From NCBI GenBank assembly GCA_035650735.1, contig DASRGZ010000031.1, forward strand, positions 1 through 46,423: DNA of 46,423 nucleotides, written 5' to 3'. A program made the translations under genes and the position numbers. Shown here one piece after another: positions 16,500 to 24,952 of the stretch. Position 1 is the first letter of the stretch. Every line of letters starts with the position of its first letter. A model generated the notes under the pieces. It was given only the letters and a program-made list of their open reading frames with translations, searched no databases and was not told where the DNA came from. This DNA comes from Chthonomonadaceae bacterium (GTDB lineage Bacteria; Armatimonadota; Chthonomonadetes; Chthonomonadales; Chthonomonadaceae).

Positions 16500-18032
16500 A
16501 CCATTTCGCCGCTCCCGCGCAGCGCCCCGGAGGCGCAGGGAGTCGCCTCCGCCGCCCTTCTGCCCTTTGTCGAAGACGTGGAGGAGAGCCTGCTGGAACT
16601 CCACAGTCTCATTCTCCTGCGCCACGGTCACGTCGTGGCGGAAGGCTGGTGGTCGCCCTACGGGCCGCACTACCCACATATGCTGTACTCGCTGAGCAAG
16701 AGCTTCACCGCCACCGCCGCAGGTCTTACCATTGCGGAAGGGCGTCTCTCCCTTGATGACCCTGTGCTGTCGTTCTTCCCGGACGAGGCGCCAGCGCAGG
16801 TGAGCCAGAACCTGGCCGCCATGCGCATCCGGCATCTTCTCTCGATGTCCACCGGGCATGACCAGGACACGCTAGGGGCCCTGTTCGCGCGGGAGGATGG
16901 CAACTGGGCGCGCGCCTTCCTGGAGCAGCCGGTAGAGCATAAGCCCGGCACCCATTTCCTCTATAACAGCGGCGCGACCTATATGGTGTCGGCGATCGTG
17001 CAGCAAGTGACCGGAATGCGGGTGCTGGACTATTTGCAGCCGCGCCTCTTCGCGCCCTTGGGCATCGTAGGCGCCACCTGGGAGACCTGCCCGCGCGGCA
17101 TCAATACCGGTGGATGGGGACTGAGCGTGAAGACGGAGGATATCGCCCGGTTCGGCCAGCTCTACCTACAGCAAGGCATATGGGAGGGCCAGCGCCTCCT
17201 TCCGGCAGAGTGGGTGAAGGAGGCCACCTCACGCCAGATCGCCAACGGCGACGATGCGAACAGTGATTGGAACCAGGGATACGGCTACCAGTTCTGGCGT
17301 GCACGCCACGGGGCCTATCGCGGCGATGGGGCCTTCGGCCAGTTCTGCGTGGTGATGCCGGAGCAGGACGCGGTGTTGGCGATCACGGCAGGGGTGAGAG
17401 ACATGCAGGCCGTGCTCAACGTGGTCTGGAAGCACCTGCTCCCCGCCCTGGAAGAATCCACGCCGCTTCCCGAAGACACGGCAGCGCAGGAGACCCTGCG
17501 GCGCAGACTCGCCAACCTGACACTGCGCGCGCCGCAGGGGCAGCCTTCCTCTCCGGTGGCGGCCAGAGTATCGGGCCAGACGTATCGCTTCGAGGCCAAT
17601 GAGCAGAAGATCGAATCGGTCACGCTCGACTTCGGTGCAGACGAGTCAGAACTACGTATCCGGGACGGGCGCGGCGAGCACCGGATCGCGTGCGGCAGCA
17701 ACGGGGCCTGGCCCAGGGGCACGACGGCCTTCGACAGCCCGCAGCCCCGCCCGGTCGCTGCCAGCGGCGCGTGGGCAGAAGAGGATGCCTACGTCGTAAA
17801 GCTCTGCTTTTACGAGACCCCGTTCTGCCCAACGCTTACCTGCCGCTTCGTAGAGGACCGTTCCGTTCTGGCCCCCGCCCCTAGCCCACGGCCAGGGTCG
17901 GCGCTCAGCGGTTCGCGCCTCCGCCTAGCGATCCCCAAGAACAGGGGAGGGGACCAACTGCTGCTCGATTACAGCGCCAACGTCTCCTTCGGGCCTACGG
18001 AGCGCCCGCAGTTGGTGGGGTTCAAACGCTGA
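16485..18032 (+). CDS. Serine hydrolase, beta-lactamase class C/AmpC-like family
   Basis: SLSK (SxxK), FLYNS, YGYQFW, RGDGAFGQ; contains a 32-aa repeat-derived insert near the C-terminus. Confidence 0.9.
   Translation: MTSEHTISPLPRSAPEAQGVASAALLPFVEDVEESLLELHSLILLRHGHVVAEGWWSPYGPHYPHMLYSLSKSFTATAAGLTIAEGRLSLDDPVLSFFPDEAPAQVSQNLAAMRIRHLLSMSTGHDQDTLGALFAREDGNWARAFLEQPVEHKPGTHFLYNSGATYMVSAIVQQVTGMRVLDYLQPRLFAPLGIVGATWETCPRGINTGGWGLSVKTEDIARFGQLYLQQGIWEGQRLLPAEWVKEATSRQIANGDDANSDWNQGYGYQFWRARHGAYRGDGAFGQFCVVMPEQDAVLAITAGVRDMQAVLNVVWKHLLPALEESTPLPEDTAAQETLRRRLANLTLRAPQGQPSSPVAARVSGQTYRFEANEQKIESVTLDFGADESELRIRDGRGEHRIACGSNGAWPRGTTAFDSPQPRPVAASGAWAEEDAYVVKLCFYETPFCPTLTCRFVEDRSVLAPAPSPRPGSALSGSRLRLAIPKNRGGDQLLLDYSANVSFGPTERPQLVGFKR
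17855..17955. mobile_element. 96-bp composite REP/MITE inserted in frame, flanked by GGACC direct repeats
   Basis: GGACC at 17855 and 17951; core matches 31729-31770; flanks resemble family C. Confidence 0.75.
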
Positions 18033-19056
18033 CCTCGAAACCGTCGAGAGCGGCCGTTCTCGTGGCGACTGCGCCCAGATTCTCCTCGAACATATCGAAG
18101 TTACGCAGGGCGCTCACGCAGCAGTCGGCAATGCGCCCACCGTTGGCCCCTTTCAATCCGAGCACGTAGCGGAGGCAGGCACGGCCCATCATGCCGGGCG
18201 CTTTCAGCTCCGCCATCTTGGCGGCATCGGAACGCATCTTGCCGCCGCCGTGCATCACCGTCTTCATGGCCGTGATGGCGATCCCGGCGTTGTGGGCCTT
18301 CTCGAAGATAGCGATCTCGTCCGGCGTAGAGGCATAGCTGAACCAGACCTGCATCGAGTCAATCAGGCCCGACTCGATCTGGGCTTCGATCATCGTGGCG
18401 TAGGTTTCGTAGCGCTCACGCGGTGCGGCGTGCTGGCTCACGCCGAAGTAGCGCACCTTGCCCTCGCGCTTCAGCCGCTTGAATGCGCGATAGGAGGCGT
18501 TGTCGCCTTTGTTGAAAGAGGCCAGACTGCGCCAGCCGAAGTGCGCCCGCATGATATCAAAATACCGAAGGCCGGTCTGTTCCAGCTCGTTAACGACCTG
18601 GCGGTAGGCGGCCTCTTCGTCGTTGGGGTCGCCGCCGGGGGATGTATTATCTACGGTGGTATCGCAGTAGAAGGATTCGCGCGGCAGCCTGGCGATCTCG
18701 GGCGGCACGCCGCGGCCAAAGTAACCGGCTTTGTGAATGAAGTTCATTCCCGCGGCCAGACAGGGACCGATCAACTCCGGCGGATCGTCTCTGCAAATGG
18801 CAATGCGCGCAATCTCTATGTTGCCCAGGCGCTTGCTGAGCTTTACCTTCGGAACCTTACCGATCCGATCTAAGATTGCCTCCGCGGCCTCCGCACGCTG
18901 CGCGCTGGTGAGCGCGTAGCCGGCAAAGGCGCCTGCAATCAGCCCGCCGCTCACCGTCGCCTCGCCCAGAACGCGCACAAACTCGCGTCGATTCAAAGTA
19001 CGCAGAGGAGTTGCGTCTCCTTGCGCCACTAAGGGAGTGGGGTCCTGCGTGTGCAT
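18022..19056 (-). CDS. Aldo/keto reductase-like protein with Tat signal
   Basis: NRREFV Tat motif; LKREGKVRYFGVSQH, GIAITAMK, FEENL. Confidence 0.8.
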   Translation of the reverse strand: MHTQDPTPLVAQGDATPLRTLNRREFVRVLGEATVSGGLIAGAFAGYALTSAQRAEAAEAILDRIGKVPKVKLSKRLGNIEIARIAICRDDPPELIGPCLAAGMNFIHKAGYFGRGVPPEIARLPRESFYCDTTVDNTSPGGDPNDEEAAYRQVVNELEQTGLRYFDIMRAHFGWRSLASFNKGDNASYRAFKRLKREGKVRYFGVSQHAAPRERYETYATMIEAQIESGLIDSMQVWFSYASTPDEIAIFEKAHNAGIAITAMKTVMHGGGKMRSDAAKMAELKAPGMMGRACLRYVLGLKGANGGRIADCCVSALRNFDMFEENLGAVATRTAALDGFEVSV

Positions 19057-19071
19057 TGCTCGCTCCTTCTC

Positions 19072-21009
19072 CTATTGGCCCGATCCGGGCATCGTCGCTC
19101 CCGGCCCTTGAATGGCGGCCCGCTTCTCGAACTCCTCCTTGGTGAGCGCGTACGCGGCGTCCTTACCTGCCTCTTTGCGCTTATCCCAGTTCCGGCGGAT
19201 AAAGCCGTCAAGGGGCGTCTCGGCGGGAGCTGTGTAGTCGCGGTCCTCCTGGAACGTATAGACGACGATCGAGTGGTCAGGCAGAACCGGGCAGTGATAT
19301 TCGCAGATGCCGCAGCCCGTGCAGAGCTTTTCGTCCACGGTGGGCACGCGCTTCATGCGTCCTTTGTTGCCGGGATCGGTGATCGGACGGGTTGGGTCTT
19401 TGGGCAGCGAATCGTCCCAGGTATCCCGGAAGACGACCGCCGAATAGGGGCAGACTTCCGCGCAGACTACGCAATCCCGACCGCCGTTCCAGGCGATACA
19501 GGTGGAATGGTTGACGTTTGCCAGCCCCATCTTGATCTTGTAGCGCTTGTCCTGCCAGCTAAAGGGGCGAATGGCATGGGTAGGGCAGACATCGCCGCAC
19601 GCGGTACATTTCTCGGCGCAGGGGCCGACGCTGGGCACCAATACCGGCGTCCAGATACCCTCCGGCCCGGTCTCCAGGAGGGCAGGCTGGAGGGCGTTGG
19701 TCGGACAGACTTTCATGCACTCCGCGCAGCGCGTGCAGGCCGAGAGGAACTCCTTTTCGGGCAGCGCGCCGGGCGGGCGCATCGCCTTGTTATTGCGGGG
19801 ATAGCGGCGCATCACGCCCTGATAGTTATCCGCCGCGCCCCTGGCTGTCGCGCCCCAGATCACCCCGGCGCCCAGCGAGGCGAGTACCCGTCTGCGGCCC
19901 AGATCGATCTCTTCCTGGCGTTCCGGGCGCGGCGCTTCGCCCTTGCGGGCCAGCGCCAGCCGTTCCTTGATGGCCGCAGGCACCTTCGCCTGAATCTGGA
20001 TCACGTCGGTCGGGCAGATCGTCTCGCAGCGGAAGCACTGAATACATTCGGCGATGTTATGCTCCGGCGCGTCCTTAGCTTCCCGGCCCAGGTTCTCATA
20101 GCAGCCCATGCGGCTTTGCAGCTCGCATTTCTTGCAGTGAATGCAGCCCTCCATCTTGATATAGTGGCGCAGCCAGGAGACGCGCGAGATCAAGGCGAGC
20201 AGACCGCCATAGGGACAAAGATTGCGGCACCAGAACCGCTCCTGATAGGCAGACAGGGCGAGGATGCCTATAAAGATGAGCAGGACCGGCACCGCGTTAA
20301 AGTAGACCATGTGGGGAATGTGCCAGTGGTTTGTCTCCCAGCCGAAGGCGCGATAGGCCCCCCGGCTGAGGCCTACCTGGTCTGCCATGTTGAGTAGGCC
20401 GTTCCACACGTAGGCGATGGGGGCGTAGATGCAGAAGGTAAAGGTGCGCGTAATCAGCGAGAGCGGGTCGCCGAAGGTGAGGATATCCACGCCGAAGACA
20501 ATCGCGCCCAGCCCGACCAGCAGATAGATGTACTTCCAGTTGCGGTATCGCCGCGTATCCGAACGCTTCTTGTTATAGAAGAGCCGCCCTTTGCGGTAGA
20601 GCAGCCGATCTCCGATGTCAATGGCCGTTCCGAGCGGGCAGATCCAGCCGCAGAAGATTCGTCCTCCCCAGAGCGTCAGCAGCAGGATAAACAGCCCCGG
20701 TCCGATAGCATAGATCGCCCAGTGATGCGACGCCAGGCCGTTCTTGAGCGTGTTGAGGAAGTCCAGCAGCATGAACAGGTTCTTGGGAACCCAGCCGAGG
20801 TGCTGTGAGCCGACAGTGGTGAGAAAGAAGAAGAGGACGAATAGCCCGAAGGTAATCACCTGCACGGACCGGCGGATACGGACGATACGATGGGCCGCGA
20901 CGTTGCCGGGCGCCTCGACCATTTTGCGCTTCTCTTCGGCGGTAAAGGCGCGCTTTGTCCTATCCGTGATGGCCTGCGGGCGGATCAGGTTTTGTTCATT
21001 GACGGCCAT
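19072..21009 (-). CDS. Membrane polyferredoxin (NapH/MauN-like fused to MauM/NapG-like)
   Basis: GRIFCGWICPLG, RFWCRNLCPYG, several CxxCxxCxxxCP motifs, RPPGA. Confidence 0.9.
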   Translation of the reverse strand: MAVNEQNLIRPQAITDRTKRAFTAEEKRKMVEAPGNVAAHRIVRIRRSVQVITFGLFVLFFFLTTVGSQHLGWVPKNLFMLLDFLNTLKNGLASHHWAIYAIGPGLFILLLTLWGGRIFCGWICPLGTAIDIGDRLLYRKGRLFYNKKRSDTRRYRNWKYIYLLVGLGAIVFGVDILTFGDPLSLITRTFTFCIYAPIAYVWNGLLNMADQVGLSRGAYRAFGWETNHWHIPHMVYFNAVPVLLIFIGILALSAYQERFWCRNLCPYGGLLALISRVSWLRHYIKMEGCIHCKKCELQSRMGCYENLGREAKDAPEHNIAECIQCFRCETICPTDVIQIQAKVPAAIKERLALARKGEAPRPERQEEIDLGRRRVLASLGAGVIWGATARGAADNYQGVMRRYPRNNKAMRPPGALPEKEFLSACTRCAECMKVCPTNALQPALLETGPEGIWTPVLVPSVGPCAEKCTACGDVCPTHAIRPFSWQDKRYKIKMGLANVNHSTCIAWNGGRDCVVCAEVCPYSAVVFRDTWDDSLPKDPTRPITDPGNKGRMKRVPTVDEKLCTGCGICEYHCPVLPDHSIVVYTFQEDRDYTAPAETPLDGFIRRNWDKRKEAGKDAAYALTKEEFEKRAAIQGPGATMPGSGQ

Positions 21010-21031
21010 TTGTTAATTCCTTGCGGTTGGT

Positions 21032-22054
21032 TCAGGCGGCGCGCGGCCCGGCAAGCTCTTTAATCTTCAGCTTATCGCAGTCGAGTTCGCCACGACCGAG
21101 CTGGTTGGCGAGGACGAGATGGCGCACGGCGTCGGGCGTCACGCCCTTGACCGTCAGGAAGCGCGTGCAGTACGAGTCCACGGCCACCGGGTCTATACCG
21201 ACCACGACCTTGTTGGGCACGGTAACCTCGCCGGGGCCTTTGGGGCCGCGCGTCTGCAAAGCGCGGGTAGCATCCGCGATGATCAGCGTGGGCCGCAGCG
21301 CCATGTTTAGCTCGGCAATGCAGTCGTGCAGGCCGTAGCGGTGATAGTCCTTGCGGTTCCAGATGTTGCCCATCAGCTTCTTCATCGAGATCGTGATCGT
21401 CGCGGCCTCGTGGTCCTTGACGATGGGGATGCAGATGAAGGCGTCGCATTCGAGAATCTCGCGGGGCAGCTTCTGGTAGATACGGTTGTTGTCGTGGACG
21501 CCATCGTAGGGGCTGCCGTCGGTGGCGGATTTGGGCACAAAGTCGGGGATATGGACGCTCTGATACATCTCCTCTTCGGTGGGCGAGAGCAGCGTGGCCC
21601 TGGTCCCGCGCACGGCCTCTTTGGCGCCGCAGATGTCAAAGGCGAGCTTCCAGTCGTCGAGGGTATAGTCAATGCAGGTGATCTTGGAGGCGCCGGCCTG
21701 TTCGCAGAGTTGAACGACTTTGCGTAGGACATCCGGGTGCGTTGCCGCGGCCTGCTCCGGGGTGCGCATCCACCCCATGTTGGGGCTGAGCACGACGCGA
21801 TCCCCCTTCTTGACGAACTTTTCGATCCCGCCGAACTCGTTGATGGCGCGCTCCGTGATGGCGGCATAGTCGTGGGGCGTGCCTTCGCAGACCGCCAGAT
21901 CAAGGCCGTTGGGCCTGGTTCCGGGGCGAATGCGCGGCTTTGCCATCGCATTCTCGTCCACATAGGTCAATCCGTAGAGGCCGCCCAGGACGACGGCGCC
22001 AGCGGCTATCTCGAACACCTTGCGCCGCGTGATCTTCTTATTGCTCTCAGCCAT
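21032..22054 (-). CDS. DUF362 family protein with Tat-like anchor
   Basis: ITRRKVF plus TM; FVKKGDRVVLSPN, ATHP, PIVKDH, SMKKLMG, DPVAVDS; GGAGG RBS before ATG 22054. Confidence 0.85.
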   Translation of the reverse strand: MAESNKKITRRKVFEIAAGAVVLGGLYGLTYVDENAMAKPRIRPGTRPNGLDLAVCEGTPHDYAAITERAINEFGGIEKFVKKGDRVVLSPNMGWMRTPEQAAATHPDVLRKVVQLCEQAGASKITCIDYTLDDWKLAFDICGAKEAVRGTRATLLSPTEEEMYQSVHIPDFVPKSATDGSPYDGVHDNNRIYQKLPREILECDAFICIPIVKDHEAATITISMKKLMGNIWNRKDYHRYGLHDCIAELNMALRPTLIIADATRALQTRGPKGPGEVTVPNKVVVGIDPVAVDSYCTRFLTVKGVTPDAVRHLVLANQLGRGELDCDKLKIKELAGPRAA

Positions 22055-22088
22055 CGTTCTCCTCCCAAAAACGGCTGTGCCCTCCAAC

Positions 22089-22293
22089 TGCGCCCGGCCC
22101 TAAAGGACCGGGCTGCGGACGGCAAGCCCCATAAATGGGGCTGCGTCAGGTGGAGCGGTTCCTCTCAAGGGATAAAGGCATCCAATCGCTCTGCCTGGCG
22201 AGAGCTTCCCTTGTAGGAGGCTAACCAACCTCTCGTAGCCCGCTTTAGCGGGCTTGCCGTCCGCAGCCCACTCGTTTACGGGTGGGCTGCCAG
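22089..22293. repeat. REP family A element (REPIN/BIME-like)
   Basis: GGGCTGCGGACGGCAAGCCC ... GGGCTTGCCGTCCGCAGCCC inverted arms; close homolog at 32914-33073. Confidence 0.9.
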
Positions 22294-22297
22294 CTAC

Positions 22298-23200
22298 TTA
22301 GTGCACTTTCGCGAGCGCCTGCTTCACCAGCTTCTGCGCCGCCACGGCATCGCGCGCATGGTGCATGCCAACAAGATATCGGCCCTTTTGCGCTACAACC
22401 ACGTTCTTCGCGTACCGATCTAGGGCGGTGAACGCGGCAGCGCCAAGCCCGCTCAGCGGTCGCAGCCCGGTGCCGCTCTTTTCGTACGCCCGGTACGCCT
22501 CCAGGGCCGCTTTGGCTGCCGTGGGCGAGGGATACTGGGCGATGAAGAGTTGCGCGCCCTGGCCCAGGGACGGATAGCTGGCGACGACGGCGTTGGCGAT
22601 AAACTGATGCCCGGCGACATTGCTGCGGACATAGTTCTCGCTGCGCGGCTGGCGTCCCGGCGGCAGGGCGGCCACCGTGGCCGGGCGGGCGCTGGAACCG
22701 GTAATCCTGGCTGCTGCCGCCTTTGCGAACGCAAGCTGCGCTGCCTGATTGGCGGGCGAGACCTGAACTATAGTTGTACGAACGACGTATCGGCCCTTCC
22801 AAAAGTTCAATCCACTCGGAGCGATTTTGATGCCCTCGGCGCCGATGGCGGTCGAGCTGCCGCTTCGCCGGTCGCTGCCGAAGAGGCCGAACGCATCCAG
22901 GGGGTCGCCCATCTCAAAAACATCAATAGTAAGAACGGGCCGGCTCTGTGGAGCAGGAGCATACTCGGCGTGCGCACAGGAAACGAAGTGATACGCCTTG
23001 ACAGCCTCCGCCTCGCCATCAATGAGGTCAAAGAGGTTGTTCGGGTTGTAGACTCTCGCCTGTCCGACCTGCTTCCATCCCTTCACGGCAGAGGCGGGCG
23101 GCAGCACTTTTCTCGGATCGGCGTGCGCCGCATTGAGCGCTGAGGCGAAAAGCAGGCTTATAGTCAATACCATCCAACGTGCAGTGGCGATCTTGCCCAT
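22298..23200 (-). CDS. Secreted DUF6599-like protein
   Basis: Signal peptide; YNPNNLFDLIDGEAE, IDVFEM..AFGLF, FWKGRYVV. Confidence 0.75.
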   Translation of the reverse strand: MGKIATARWMVLTISLLFASALNAAHADPRKVLPPASAVKGWKQVGQARVYNPNNLFDLIDGEAEAVKAYHFVSCAHAEYAPAPQSRPVLTIDVFEMGDPLDAFGLFGSDRRSGSSTAIGAEGIKIAPSGLNFWKGRYVVRTTIVQVSPANQAAQLAFAKAAAARITGSSARPATVAALPPGRQPRSENYVRSNVAGHQFIANAVVASYPSLGQGAQLFIAQYPSPTAAKAALEAYRAYEKSGTGLRPLSGLGAAAFTALDRYAKNVVVAQKGRYLVGMHHARDAVAAQKLVKQALAKVH

Positions 23201-23394
23201 GACAATACTCCACGCCCTGAGATTCCTTTTTCATTTAGACGGAACAGCCCTGCCTCTTCCTTCGCCGAAATAGGAATCGATCCCTTCCTGGTCGTATTGG
23301 TTATGATAATAATTTGACATAACAGGCGGGCCGAAGTAACGCTCTTTTCGATTTTTTCTATCCGCTGCGCGCTCAGAAAGCCCATCAAAAGCCT

Positions 23395-24057
23395 ATGAAC
23401 CCTCCTTCTCCACTCATGCCCTCCTGGGCCGGCGTCGTGCTTGCCTTCGCCCTGTTGATTCTCCTGGCGTGGGGGCTGTGGCGCTGGGCGATATCCCGCA
23501 AGGTTCGCGCCTGGAAAGCGGTCGCGCAAGATCTGGCGGGCACGCTTGAGCTCGTTCAGGGCAAAATGTGCGTAACGGGGCGGTATCGCGGGCGGGCTGC
23601 CTTCCTTTCTGAGGCTGTCAGCTTTGAAGACGCGGTTGCTTACGCCCACACTTGCGGCGCGCTTGAGGTGACCAACCCTGCCAGGGCCGTACTTGGATTG
23701 AGACGTAAGAGTCTGCTGGAGGAGTACACGCAGCGCAAAGAGCCGGTCGCGATAGACACCGGCGATCCGGAGTTCGGTCGGACCTTCCTGCTGGTGCTGA
23801 CGGTGCCGGAACATGCCGGGACGCTGCTATCTGATGAAGTCCGCAAGAGGCTAAAGAAATTTTCGGACGTTGAGATATATTTACGCGGCACGCGCCTCGA
23901 GTGGCGGCGCGCAGGCACCGTCGGCTCTGCTCGCGAGATGATAACCCTGTTCGACATCATCGCGGACATAGCGGACGTGCTGGAATCCCTTCCGCCGCGC
24001 ACGGTATCTCTATCGGAAGCGCTGGCAGAGGAGGCGCTCATTAAGCAGGGAATATAG
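23395..24057 (+). CDS. Hypothetical protein with N-terminal TM anchor
   Basis: 220-aa ORF; VVLAFALLILLAWGLW TM; coding-like composition. Confidence 0.7.
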   Translation: MNPPSPLMPSWAGVVLAFALLILLAWGLWRWAISRKVRAWKAVAQDLAGTLELVQGKMCVTGRYRGRAAFLSEAVSFEDAVAYAHTCGALEVTNPARAVLGLRRKSLLEEYTQRKEPVAIDTGDPEFGRTFLLVLTVPEHAGTLLSDEVRKRLKKFSDVEIYLRGTRLEWRRAGTVGSAREMITLFDIIADIADVLESLPPRTVSLSEALAEEALIKQGI

Positions 24058-24137
24058 CCATGCCGCCTGCGGGGCTGCCAGGCGCATCCTGGACGCTGGC
24101 ATCGCGCCGCAGCCAGGCAGCAGGCGAGGAGGAGAGC

Positions 24138-24914
24138 ATGAAGATCTACATGATGACCGACCTGGAAGGAGCAGCAGGAGTCAATCGCTGGGTACAGACC
24201 CGCGAGGGGGAGACGCCGGAAAAGGCGGCGGCCATGAAACTGCTCACAGGCGAAGTCAACTCCGCTATCGAGGGTATTCGCGATGCCGCGCCGGACGCCG
24301 AGATCGTCGTGCTGGATGGGCACGGCACGGGAGGGCTGGTGTTTGAGCTATTGCACCCCGCCGCGCAATATATCATGCATGGTCGCGGTCTGCGCGCTCC
24401 CTATGGCCTCGACCGCAGCTTTGACGCCGTGTTCTTCGTCGGCCAGCACGCCATGGCCGGGACGCCCGATGCGCCGCTCTGTCATACCTATTCGTCACGC
24501 CATATCGAGCACTACAAACTCAACGGCTCTCTCATCGGCGAGATTGGCTGCTTCGCTGCAATGGCAGGCGCGCTGGGCGTTCCCACGGTGTTTCTCAGCG
24601 GCGATGACAGAGCCTGCGCCGAAGCCAGAGAGATCATCCCCGAAATAGTTACCGTCCCAACCAAGCAGGGGATGGGTATCGAGCTGGCTCTGCACCTTGC
24701 AATGCAGCGCGCCCGTGTGGCAATCCGCGCCGGCGCCGCCCGCGCCATTCGGCATCTGTCTGGTATTGGTCCCTTCCGGGTAGACCCGCCCTATACGCTG
24801 GAGATCCGCGTGCTGGAAGGCCAGGGCATCGAGACCTATCTACAGAGCGGTGCCGAGAAAGTAGACGACCGCACGATTGTCAAGCGTAGCGAGAGCCTTA
24901 ACGCCCTCTTTTGA
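24138..24914 (+). CDS. M55 family D-aminopeptidase (DppA-like)
   Basis: MKIYMMTDLEG, DGHG, VGQHA, HTY, IGE, SGDD; GAGGAGG RBS. Confidence 0.9.
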   Translation: MKIYMMTDLEGAAGVNRWVQTREGETPEKAAAMKLLTGEVNSAIEGIRDAAPDAEIVVLDGHGTGGLVFELLHPAAQYIMHGRGLRAPYGLDRSFDAVFFVGQHAMAGTPDAPLCHTYSSRHIEHYKLNGSLIGEIGCFAAMAGALGVPTVFLSGDDRACAEAREIIPEIVTVPTKQGMGIELALHLAMQRARVAIRAGAARAIRHLSGIGPFRVDPPYTLEIRVLEGQGIETYLQSGAEKVDDRTIVKRSESLNALF

Positions 24915-24952
24915 CGGCCTGGCGCTCCGTGACTGATTTCACCACCTACGGT

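Noticed and set aside
16485..18032. Clinical-type beta-lactamase resistance gene
   Set aside because: Motifs fit the broad serine hydrolase/esterase family; activity on beta-lactams cannot be inferred
19051..20397. Long antisense ORFs (also 25841, 27015, 28780, 38729, 40443, 43899)
   Set aside because: Shadows of real genes caused by high GC3; no motifs
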